Shown: in pieces, positions 12,571 to 23,999 of the stretch | Layout: each line of letters begins with the position of its first letter | Position numbering within the stretch: the stretch's first letter is position 1 | Source: Pseudogymnoascus verrucosus | Lineage: Eukaryota | Direction: 5' to 3' (one strand) | NCBI GenBank assembly: GCA_001662655.1 | Contig: KV460285.1 | Length of the DNA stretch: 40,208 bases | Notes under the pieces: generated by a model | Databases searched by the model: none | The model's input: the letters and a program-made list of their open reading frames with translations, nothing else | Told to the model about the DNA's origin: nothing | Made by a program: the position numbers and the translations under genes

Positions 12571-13685
12571 CTATGACATTCCCTGCAACATCTTCACCAA
12601 CCGCTTTCCATGCTCTCCGCCCAAGAAATCCCCCCCAGGTCCATCCTCTTCTCTCTCTATCTCCACTGCAGCTCCATATCCCTTCATCAACATATCCTCA
12701 TCGACCTTCATACCCGCCTCCACCAAACTGGCCACCACTCCTCTAATCCTCGCAATCTCCCTCCTAGTTTCTGCAGCAATCTCGTCGTTTTGACTGCTGT
12801 ACACCGTACTGTTGGTACTCTCTTCAATCCTTGTAATTCCCACTTCCGCCTTATCTTCATCGGCTGTTTTGATGTGCTTTGATATCCAGATATACCCATT
12901 CACCCCAAGAATCACATCCACTGGGCCCCCTCCATTTGCCGTCTCAATAGTCCACACCTGTCGCCTACTCCTGACTACACCCCCACCCCCTCCCATCCCC
13001 GCCACTGACACAAAGACTCCATTCCTCAACTTTCCATACTTCAAACTCCTAGTATGTAAACTCGCGCTCCCATCGTGAAACAAAGACTGCACCTCGCACA
13101 CAAGCAGGTCACCCTCCGATAGAAACGTCCTGATCTGGAGCTCATCCGTCTCTGTCCTTTTCCGTAGAATTCCACCGGGGAGATTGATCGCCGACAGCGG
13201 CAGCGCAGCGAGCAACGGGGCGCCAATGTCCACGCGCCAGCGCCGGGATTGCACCTCGATGATGCGGCCGACAACTAGGTCACCGATTTCGGGGGTGTAG
13301 CGCGCCCGTAGGGGCCGCACTGAGAGGAGCTTGTTGGTCTTTTGGATGGTGCCAGCGACGGTGGCGAGGATGGCTGCGGTGGCTGGTTCGACGTACGTTC
13401 CGTGACCTCTGTAGGCTGTTAGGGACTATGTGATTTGGGTGGACACTCTGCTGAGAAGTGCCCCAAGTCGAGCAGTAGAAGACCATACCTCATCCATTGG
13501 GGATCATCTGTGACTACTTCTCCGGGAGTGACTATGCTTGTTGATCCAGCTCGTCTGGCACGCTTCTTGGGGCGCATATCAAGATCTCCATCGAGGTCGG
13601 CGCCTCCGTCGGACCCTGAGTCTGAGGATGAATCGTAGTCTACATCCTGGATCGGAGGAGCGGGGGCGAGTATTGTAATGGCCAT
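12571..13685 (-). CDS. RRP4: Exosome complex RNA-binding subunit Rrp4, ~344 aa; complement(join(12571..13408,13489..13685))
   Basis: [21 protein letters not shown] spans intron 13409-13488 (gtatgg..ctaac..cag). S1 domain [30 protein letters not shown] domain [10 protein letters not shown]. Confidence 0.96.
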
Positions 13686-14892
13686 TATGCAAACAAAAGC
13701 ACGGATGTGCTTTCAATTTATGGTGGTATATGATATCGTGAAGCTCCAAGTAATTATTTGGATTCCACTGGAAACAAAGATATCGTAGTTCTACTAGCCA
13801 ATCACAATGCATATTTTATTTTCAGCCTTGCGCATCGCCCACCATGTCAGCCTTGCCATTTGGAAGCTGTAAATAAAGTCCATGGTAATTTGATCGCCCC
13901 TATTTACTGACTACAGTATGACGAAGGGATAATAGACTACTATAGACTTCTCATCCTAGGATATCTGTTTATAATAGTATTATTTGTATTCGTTGTCCGC
14001 CAAAATTCCCGGTGTTGTTCGTCTCTTCTTTTCACGAGCTTTGAAATTACGGTGTCAGTACTTCTAATAACATTTATTTACTAAACTAAATTCCGCTCCT
14101 AATATATGTTGACTATCCACTTAAATATTATTACCTTCGCCGTTGTCATAAAGAGAAGTTCAGGTTTTGATACCAGTGAGTGAAAGAAGAGAGGGGCAAC
14201 TTGGCCCATAAATTGTTGATGCGGGGCAAAACCCACAACCAGATGCGATAGGCCCTTGGTCTGGAAAACGATAACATTCGCACAAAGACTTGTTGTTCAC
14301 TTGGCTAGAACATCCATTGGGTTCTCTTACATCCTTGTGTGCTATTGAGTTATGGTATTAACTACCAACCCTAATTCTCCACCCATTTATTATCCCACAA
14401 GGCAACTAGAAATCAGAATAACGGTCGGTTTGAAACGAGGTATCGATATAACTCTGCTCCCTATGTACAGGCCATCCTTCCTTAGAATAAATATACCAGT
14501 TCCAACCTATGCCCGACCTAACCGATACCATGGCCCCCAATCAAATCCGTGCAATGCAAAGTACCTGATCCCATCCATCCGTCTATATGTTCATCATATG
14601 CAAACTCCAGGGACTCCTGTCCCGCCCCCAGCCTGCCTCAATGCTGATTTGAGTGGCAAACCCCCCTAGAACTGCCTGTAAATGCAGCACCCAAAACTTT
14701 GGACCACCGGATCCACCCTTGAACACAACATCTAGGGTATAATGTTCACCTTGGGTATTGCAATCGAACGCTTGATATGCGTGTTCATGGCGTGCTAGAA
14801 GCAGCTCAATTTCGAAGTATGTTCGGGTATGCGGTATAGAAGCTGGTGCTTGTGGTGGCACAATAGTAGTCGTTTCTGGCGAAAAGGCCGTC

Positions 14893-15687
14893 TCAAGCGA
14901 ACCGCGAGCGCTTTCCACCCCCACCAAACCCATCCTTGGACAAATCTCCAATATCAAAGAAGTCACCGAAATTTATCTTTCGCTTCTGGCCGGCGCTTCC
15001 ACTGCCATGGCTTCTTGTGTTGTTCCTCGTGCTGTGCCTTCCCCTGCCCACCTGCCTCGAACCTGATCGATTTGACCGTGATATCGTGATTGAGGTTGGC
15101 GCAGTTGAAACAACGGTAGCGTCCGCTGCTGCTTGGTTGCCTTGATCGGACATATCTGCATCTTGTGGGTATTGGTGTGTAGATCGGAAAGAGAAATTGC
15201 CCGTCGGTGGGAGAACCGTTATTGTGGGTGGCGATGGGAGTTCCTCGACAGGCTCGGGAACTTCTAATATTGGTGGCACTGAGTCAAGGCGTACTGGTGA
15301 GCTGTTTCGTATTGGCATGCTGGTGACACTTGGTTTCTTCTGTGCGACTGGGCTTGACCCGCGCTCTTTGTCCATTTCGTCGTCGCTGTCAGGAATCGGA
15401 TCCCGGCCGTCGAGTCGTGCTGTAGCCCATTGCCTAACTTTCCAACCTTCGCCGTCAGATAAGCCGATGTCTTCTTTGTCGAGATATGTGAGGAGGTCGT
15501 CGAGGGCGTCTTGGTAGCCTTCTGCCCGCAGCTTTGTTTGGTCTGAAGCGGCAGTTTTGTAGAGTTTTGTAACAGACAGAGCAGCATCTTTAAACGCCTG
15601 TAAAAGTTGTTCTGGAGGGTTTGGGGTCTGCTGCTTCGGCGGCGAAGCACGAGGCAAAGACGTGTTGAGACTCCTCATGGAGTCCAT
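14893..15687 (-). CDS. Conserved protein, DUF4588/HAPSTR1(C16orf72)/YJR056C-like N-terminal domain plus disordered tail, 264 aa
   Basis: Motif LLQAFKDAALSVTKLYK...GYQDALDDLL; basic NLS-like C-terminus (QKRKIN, GKRSRFA); single uninterrupted ORF. Confidence 0.8.
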   Translation of the reverse strand: MDSMRSLNTSLPRASPPKQQTPNPPEQLLQAFKDAALSVTKLYKTAASDQTKLRAEGYQDALDDLLTYLDKEDIGLSDGEGWKVRQWATARLDGRDPIPDSDDEMDKERGSSPVAQKKPSVTSMPIRNSSPVRLDSVPPILEVPEPVEELPSPPTITVLPPTGNFSFRSTHQYPQDADMSDQGNQAAADATVVSTAPTSITISRSNRSGSRQVGRGRHSTRNNTRSHGSGSAGQKRKINFGDFFDIGDLSKDGFGGGGKRSRFA

Positions 15688-16383
15688 CTTCGGTTTGTTA
15701 TTCGATCCGGTCGGACGAGGGGTACCAACGGAGGCTGATGATATGGTAGATTATACCTTGCTCGAGGTATTCTGCAGGGCGAAGTTTCTCATTCACGGCG
15801 GCCGCAATACCAGTGAGTAGAAAAGTCGATGAAGTCGAGCTTTGAATGTCTTTGTTGTAGTCGAGGGGTACTCGAGTATGACTTGGATAAGACCTGTACA
15901 TGTGACGAAGCGGCAACACTAGAAGTAAAGTTGACGTTGAAGTTTCTTCCCGAGATTCAGCCGGACACTCTAAACAAACGGATAAAAATTAAACAAAAAC
16001 AAAGAGACAAAGGTATAATGTGCAGAGATAATTTATAGATATAGTCGGTGGTATTAAAATAAGTTTGTGAATGATTCACATGTATTTCAATCTACTCATT
16101 ATTGATTTGAATCACCATTCACGTGACTCTCTGTCACGTTGACGCGGCTGTGGATAAGGCTGTGGCGGGCAGGCGCCTCGCGAGATCGAGGTCGCGACTT
16201 TTTGGATGTGTGATGGGTTTTCCTCTTTCGACACCAACTGAAGTCCAACACATCAACAAAGAGACTCTTTTTCATCACGCCGCGATTGCGAACCGCCTTT
16301 TAGCATCTCGTGAGGATTCGGAGACCACAACGAACCCTTCCGGCTTCTCCTACCCTGCCACCTGGGACTGAGGTTGCGCGACC

Positions 16384-19300
16384 ATGGCGCCTTCACGATC
16401 CGGTCGCCTCAGCGGAGCGGATACAGATAGCTCAATGGCTGATGCATCCGATCTGAACATTAAATCGCGTGTGGACGCAATGGTGAGCTCTATTTTATCC
16501 AGCAATCCCCTGACGCCATATCCGGAGCGCGTTCTACCCCTGGTTAAATTCTAATAGAGGACCATGACTTACACAAGCTATTGCAGGATATCGATGAGAC
16601 ACCAGATTACACGGAAGACTCCGATACCAACCCAAATACGACTGCAAGCAGTGTGGCCGGCGAGCCGGTTGATGGGAGGAGGAGACGTTCCGAGGCGACA
16701 CAGCTGCGACGAAGCGTGTTCGGCAAGAAACACGATCGTTTAGGCCAATCCCAGGTACGTAGTGCACAGATGGCATGATATTTTGGAGATCTTACTTATC
16801 TTATATTTCAGGAAGATGATTCGATTAGACGATTCCGTTACTTATTGGGCCTGACGGACCTCTTTCGGCATTTCATTGAGACGAACCCAAACCCGCATAT
16901 TAAACAGATTATGGTAGAGATTGATCGTCAAAATGAGGAGGCTGCAGAAGCAAAGTCAAAGAAGGCTAGCCGTGCTGGAGGAGCTGCCAACGAAAGGCGT
17001 CGGAGAACAGAAGCCGAGGAGGACGCAGAACTGCTCAAGGATGAAAAGCAGGGAGGATCGGCAGATACCGTGTTCAGAGATTCACCCGGCTTTGTTAAGG
17101 GTGGCACCATGAGGGACTATCAGGTTGCTGGCCTGAACTGGCTCATCTCACTTCACGAGAATGGTATATCGGGCATCCTCGCCGATGAGATGGGACTTGG
17201 CAAGACACTTCAGACAATCGCATTCCTAGGATACTTACGACACATTATGGACATTACCGGGCCGCATCTGGTCATCGTGCCGAAATCAACACTCGACAAC
17301 TGGAAGAGAGAGTTTGCGAAGTGGACCCCCGAAGTCAATGTGCTAGTCCTACAGGGAGCTAAAGACGAGCGAAATCTCCTCATCAATGAGAGACTTGTGG
17401 ATGAGAAGTTCGACGTCTGCATTACCAGTTACGAGATGATATTGAGAGAGAAGTCACACTTGAAGAAATTTGCGTGGGAATATATCATCATCGATGAGGC
17501 TCACCGTATCAAGAACGAGGAGTCATCTTTGGCACAAGTCATTCGACTTTTCAACTCGAGGAACCGCCTGCTCATCACGGGCACACCTCTCCAGAACAAC
17601 CTCCACGAGCTTTGGGCTCTGCTGAACTTCCTGCTCCCCGACGTCTTTGGCGATTCTGAGGCATTCGACCAATGGTTTTCTGGCCAGGGGGCCGACCAAG
17701 ATACCGTTGTCCAGCAACTCCATCGTGTTCTTCGTCCGTTCTTATTGAGACGTGTGAAGAGCGATGTCGAGAAGAGCCTGTTGCCAAAGAAGGAGGTTAA
17801 TTTGTATATTGGAATGTCTGATATGCAGGTTAAGTGGTACAAGAAGATCCTGGAAAAGGACATCGATGCTGTCAACGGTGCCGGGGGTAAGCGCGAATCA
17901 AAGACACGACTGTTGAATATTGTGATGCAGTTGCGAAAGTGCTGTAACCACCCATATCTCTTTGAGGGTGCCGAACCAGGACCTCCATATACAACTGACG
18001 AGCATCTCGTTGTAAATGCTGGCAAGATGGTCATGTTGGACAGGCTCCTAACGCGACTAAAGAAGCAAGGCAGCAGAGTCCTCATCTTTTCCCAGATGAG
18101 TCGACTTCTCGATATCTTGGAAGATTATTGCGTCTTCAGAGAGTTCAAATACTGCCGTATCGATGGATCAACTGCTCACGAAGATCGTATCGCCGCCATT
18201 GATGACTACAACAAGCCTGACTCTGAGAAGTTTGTCTTCCTTCTGACAACCAGAGCTGGTGGTCTCGGAATCAACCTTACCAGCGCCGACATCGTTGTGC
18301 TTTATGACAGCGATTGGAATCCTCAAGCAGATTTACAGGCCATGGACAGAGCGCATCGTATTGGCCAAACCAAACAAGTCGTCGTTTACCGTTTCGTCAC
18401 TGAGAATGCCATCGAAGAGAAGGTCCTTGAGCGTGCAGCACAGAAGCTTCGTCTTGATCAACTTGTTATTCAACAGGGCCGCGCGCAGATCGCAGCGAAG
18501 GCCGCCGCGAATAAGGATGAGTTGCTCAATATGATCCAACACGGCGCCGAGAAGGTCTTCAATACCAAGGGCGCAACCGGAATTCTGGCACAAAAGGGTG
18601 CAGAGATTGGCGATGATGATATTGATGAGATTCTGAAGCACGGCGAGAAACGGACGGCCGAGTTAAATGCTCGGTATGAGAAATTGGGCATTGATGATCT
18701 CCAGAAGTTCACATCGGAGTCTGCTTATGAGTGGAACGGCCAGGACTTCACAAACAAGAAGAAGGAGATTGGTATTGCCTGGATCAATCCTGCCAAGCGT
18801 GAGCGTAAGGAGCAGTCTTACTCCATGGACCAGTACTACAAACAGGCCCTTTCTACTGGCGGCCGAACCGCAGATGCGAAGCCTAAAGCCCCGCGAGCAC
18901 CTAAGCAAATTGTCATTCACGACTACCAATTCTTCCCCCCAATGCTTCAAGACTTGCAGGACCGCGAGACTGCGTATTTCCGGAAGGAAATCGGATACAA
19001 GGTGCCACTGCCTGATGGACCAGAGGAGGATTTGTCAGATAGAGAAGGCGAGCGAGCTTTGGATCAGCAAGAAATAGACAATGCTACGCCCTTGACGGAA
19101 GAAGAGCAAGCCGAGAAGCTGCGTTTGTCAGAGCAAGGCTTCGGTGACTGGAACAAGCGAGACTTCCAGCAGTTCATTAACGGCTCCGCAAAGTATGGCC
19201 GCAAGAACTACGATGCTATTGCCGAGGAGGTCGACAACAAGACTACTGCGGAAGTTAAGGCATACGCTCAGATCTTCTGGAAGCGCTACACGGACCTCAA

Positions 19301-19964
19301 TGACTACTCGAAATACATCAACCTCGTTGAAGCTGGTGAAGAAAAGACAAAGAAGATCGAACACCAACGCCAGATGCTAAAGAAGAAGATGTCTCAATAC
19401 AGAGTTCCACTGCAGCAGCTGAAGGTGAACTACTCAGTGTCGACAACAAACAAAAAGGTGTATACAGAAGAGGAAGACAGATTCCTTCTTGTCCTCTTGG
19501 ATAGATTTGGGATCGACAGTGAAAACATTCACGAGCGTATCCGCGATGAGATCCGCGAGAGCCCCCTCTTCCGCTTTGATTGGTTCTTCCTGAGCCGAAC
19601 ACCGCTCGAAATCAGCAGGCGATGCACCACGCTGCTCACTACTGTGGCTCGCGAGTACGAGGAGACTCAGCCAAAGGCGAACGGGGCCAATGGCAAGACC
19701 AAGCGTGAGCCAGAGGAGGAAGATAACGATGAAGACAGCGTTCATGATACAGCACCTGCGAAAAAGAAGTCAAAGAATGTCAAGGTAGGTCACCAGCATA
19801 TTGGGCTGCAATGTACACAAGCTAACTTCGTGCAGAACAAGGCAATCGATAACTTAAAGCCCGGGAGCAAGGCTACGTCGGCTGCGCCATCATCCCGAGC
19901 CTCGAGTGTAGGATCCCCCGCCCCAGCACCATCAAAGAGCAAGTCGAAGGGGAAGAAGAAATAG
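16384..19964 (+). CDS. ISW2: ISWI-family chromatin-remodelling ATPase, ~1122 aa; join(16384..16482,16587..16754,16812..19784,19836..19964)
   Basis: SNF2 motifs ([44 protein letters not shown]) plus HAND/SANT/SLIDE ([21 protein letters not shown]). Introns 16483-16586, 16755-16811 and 19785-19835 have GT/AG ends and keep the frame. ISW1 versus ISW2 naming cannot be resolved from sequence alone. Confidence 0.95.
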
Positions 19965-20385
19965 GCTTCAGCCGGGTAGGAGTGATTTGAGTCTCTTTGG
20001 ACCCCGGCATTGGGCTGGGATGGGTTTACACGGGACTACAAGGGGCAAGGCGTATAGGCGGGGACTTTGTACAGCGTATTAGACATGAGGGGTTGTGGAA
20101 TGGGGGGTGATATTCACAGTTAACTGTACTCTACTATCCAGAAGTAATACAATGAAATTATATGTCAAATTGAGTGTCTGCATTTTTTAGTCTCTTATGA
20201 TTTTTAGAACTACATATCTTCCCTCTGGTAACAGCTTCACCTTCTAGGGTCAAGGATTGAGGGTTAAAGGCAAATATATTGGAGAAGCTGGGATATCGCC
20301 AATTCATCGCCCTTCCAAGCCATCAATTCCCCAGAAGACAATCCGATTGAGGTTGATATGATCCCGGTAGGGCATGTTTCGTCTG

Positions 20386-22221
20386 CTACATTTCAAAGGG
20401 CCAAATTTCCCTTACGTCCCCTTCATCCTTTAATGGTTCGTCATCATCCGGATTTTCGATGCTTAGGACAGTTTCCAGCATCATCCCAAACAATTCTTTG
20501 TTAGCCAACTTCGCAGTTTCCCACTCTTCTGCTGGGACCCAGTCGTCGAATGCTGTATTGAGCAAGCCCGTTACGTGGTTTCTCAAGTCATGTGCAGCCT
20601 CAAAGTATTTGTATTCCTTTTGGTGGACAGCCAACTCTTCGGCAGTCGGTACGGGATATGGACAGGAACCCACAAGACCAAGCTCCTGCCACCATTTGGA
20701 AGTTTTGTCTAACTCGTGGCGAAAAGCCACCACGCCGTCCTTCCACGTCCTATAGCAATAGCGGAACGGGCGGAAAAGGGATTCATCCATAACCCTAGGC
20801 CTAGCCAACTTTGGGAGGTGGAACTGAGTGGCAACTTTGAATGCCTTCGCACAATACTCACTGTTGGGTTCAAGTTGGGTCTCGAGAGACGGGTGGGGCA
20901 AAGTCATTGCGAAGTCCGGGACTTCGTCTGCATACCAGAATGCTGCTTCAATACTAGCTGACTGCCAATCAATAATGCTTGTAATGATAGTGGGGTCATC
21001 ATCGGAAACGAATATGTTTCTTTTATGTAGATCGGGGTGAAATAGAGTTGGTGCAGCTGCATCTCGAATCCGATGGTCTTTGCACATATTATTTATAACG
21101 GCGCGACCAAATTCTAGAAGACGAAGATGCGTTGAAACAGATCCGTGGTAGCGACGGAGGTTATCAGGCACAGGATTGACTGGTGGGATTCTAGACATGC
21201 CGATATCGACGAGGCCATCGCAGTATGTAGTAAGATCATCCCCTAATGAGAATTGTAAGTACTCGGAGGTTAGAGAAGTGGAGAGGCTTCATGACAGGCT
21301 TACATGGTCCCTGATTAGGTTTCGTATTATGGTAATATCTAGATTCGCCAACATTGCAGTCCCAATACCTTGAGCTACAGTGGGGCCCGACAGAGAAGTC
21401 CTGATCAAGAGGTCGCTTGGATGTAGGCTTGGATGTAGAATCGAGAGAACTGTCAGCAAAATAGATGCTCCCATAAGCAGGGAATGTAATGCGCACTACT
21501 TCTTTTAGCTTCCGATAGATAGCATCTCTACACCTTATTTTCTGGCCGATAGCCATAGTCGGCCATTTTTGATGTAACTGGGTGCCGGCAGCGCGTTCCA
21601 TTATGATGTATTCACTGCCAATGGCGTTTGAGGGATCATCGCTCCAGTCGAGGATTTTAGGAATAGGGACACTAGTATTGGTTTGTACTGAAACATCCAT
21701 GATGGTTAGTGTAGCACTTTTATTGTGGGTGTTGGCTGAGACTCACGATACCTAATAGTTGCGACTTCGGAATTTGTAGTTAAACTAGGAGGTCCTGCGA
21801 AAGCGAAAGGTAATCTTGCGACGACAGTTTTTCCATTATCAGTAGTAAATATGAAGACCCTATTGAACCCGCCTTCTTTCTTGTCATATGTCGCTATAGA
21901 AGTAGCTCCTGGAGACAGCTCAATAACCCTCCTACAGAGCGCATCGAAGTCAAACTCAATATAGCGGGAGTCAATCTGTATCTTGTCGTGGCGTAGCCAA
22001 CGACCGCTGGTGTAGGTATAAGGATCAAGATCTAACCCCATATTAGGACATTGAATTTGCTGTGAGTAGGCACACTTACGATGTGTTTGTAATGGGTTTA
22101 TTGTCTGGTTTGTAGTATAGAACCTAGGCCGAATGGCACCGAAGTTGGATTGGAGTAGAGAATGGTGATGTAGCAAACAATTAATTGTTTGGGACATCCG
22201 CTCTATTTTAATACTACTCAT
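20386..22221 (-). CDS. Aminoglycoside phosphotransferase (APH)/AIM9-like kinase-fold protein, ~555 aa; complement(join(20386..21242,21304..21687,21747..22031,22080..22221))
   Basis: YTSGRWL, EGGFNRVF, VVARLP, SEVATIRY|LQTNTSVPIPKILDW, EYIIME, catalytic loop HPDLHKRNIFV and IIDWQ. Introns 21243-21303 and 21688-21746 join three ORFs in frame. Intron 22032-22079 (gtaagt..ctaat..tag) is in frame, and the start codon is uncertain. Confidence 0.88.
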
Positions 22222-23272
22222 AACTAATAAGTAGCTAGAGTGGATGGAGGTTTCGAAGTCACAATCATATGGGCAGGGTAATTATGGTTGGTGAGGGGTG
22301 TATAGAGAATTACAAGCACGATTTCTGAAACATAGCGTATAGGTATAAGTCGTCCCCCAAAGACGATATGGAGCACAATTGGATTGAGTTTGGCAACATA
22401 ACGATGGCAAGCCCCTGAAACGTTCGGTCGTTGGTTTCTTCTACAAATCAAGTGGGACTAATATATGTAGTCACCGCTTTCATTCTGCCATTATTCTGCC
22501 ATTAACGGACCCAAATTAACTAGGTATAACAGCTCATATATTTGCAAATATTCCCAACAGTTTCTATAGTTCCTATAATTCCATTCCGTGGTTGGGCGTG
22601 GGTCTGGGTCTGGACCACCCATAGGAGCGATCAACTTTTCAGTACCGCAACAGTTAGTTGCTGACTGTTGCTGACATGTGATAGTCGTTGCATTTTTAGA
22701 GTGCTCTGAGTGCATAAAGACAATCCTACTTAGGCCGATTGGTTCTTGGCTGCGATGGGAGTATGTCGCCTTGTTGTAAAAGGGAATCCGTACCTAGGTA
22801 AACTAATAGCCTCAGACGTATAAAGGGGCCAATGGGGTCTGTAGGAGCGTAGGATCAGGCGTACAGCGTATTGTGGGGCGCTGACCACCTCGGTCTATAT
22901 GGTAAGGCTGACTCGGCGTAGAAATATATCCAGGGCACGACCAATTGATTTCACCGTAATTCGCCGAGAACTATGTTTGTGTCGTACAGAATTGGGGGCG
23001 GCTCTGTAGATAACTAATCGGAGCTCCTTTGGCTAATGTTAAAACTATGCAGATAACTAACCGGAGCTCTCTTTGCACATGTCTATACGAATCTACGTAA
23101 ACCAGCCTGAGCTGAGGACGTTTGTCTCACCTGCAGCTTATAATATAGTTACACCCTATTGATAAAGCCAGCCGCAGACTTTCACGTAATAGTATCTCGC
23201 GCCTACGGGGAATTGGTGGTGGTTCTCTATAAGACAGGGCTACCACTTCAGGAATCTCAGAATTTCAAAAAG

Positions 23273-23278
23273 TATAAA
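23273..23278 (+). promoter_or_regulatory. Probable TATA box of the crystallin-like secreted protein gene
   Basis: TATAAA about 120 bp upstream of ATG 23394. Confidence 0.5.
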
Positions 23279-23393
23279 GACTGCATCAAATCCCCGCCAG
23301 TTCTATCATAACACAGCACACTTCAGTACAGATCTTCCTCGCCTCCATTTGCATAATATTTCAACTTCAAGCAACCGCCTCTAAAAAACAATC

Positions 23394-23999
23394 ATGAAGC
23401 TATCACTTGCAACCTCAGCACTTTTGGCTTTGGCCAGTGCAGTCGCGGTCCCAGGAACTACCCACGAGGCCGAGAGAATCCCAGTACCAGAAGGCTTCTT
23501 TGAGTCCCACATTGGCTCTGTGGGCTTTACTCTTGTCCCAGCTGAGCCCCTCAAGATGGCTGCCAGAGCCATCACCCACGTCTACGTTTGTATCAACGCC
23601 GACTTTAAGCCCGCGTGCTCAAACTTGCAAGTTAACACTGGCAGCTGCTGTATGTCCAAGCACTCTTTTTTTTAATTTAGAGTTATGATATTTGAACCGA
23701 CTTGCTGACTTCGCGACGCAGACAACTTGGTAGGCAATTGGAATGATGCAATCTCCTCCATCGGCCCTGACGCAGGAACGACCTGCACACTTTGGTTGTA
23801 AGTTCTCCTTCGCATTGCCATTCCTTTTTTCATAATACAATACTTGATGTCCAATTTATAGAAGACAATGAGTTCTAATATTTAATATAGTGATGCGGGA
23901 TGCTCTGGTCGCTCAGTCGTTAACATCATCAACCCTGGCATCTGGAATTTGGGCGATTTCAACTTCAACGACGTCGCCAGTTCCATCAAATGCGTCTAA
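23394..23999 (+). CDS. Small secreted cysteine-rich beta/gamma-crystallin-like protein, 146 aa; join(23394..23649,23722..23797,23891..23999)
   Basis: Signal peptide MKLSLATSALLALASAVA. Introns gtatgt..gctgac..cag and gtaagt..ctaat..tag. Spliced mature region: AITHVYVCINADFKPACSNLQVNTGSCYNLVGNWNDAISSIGPDAGTTCTLWFDAGCSGRSVVNIINPGIWNLGDFNFNDVASSIKCV, with two internal repeats carrying NDAISS/NDVASS crystallin motifs and 6 Cys. Confidence 0.85.

Noticed and set aside
16066..16122. Imperfect AT-rich hairpin (gtgaatgattca...tgaatcaccattcac) in the HAPSTR1-like/ISWI divergent promoter
   Set aside because: Bulged and AT-rich; too weak to distinguish from chance without folding statistics.
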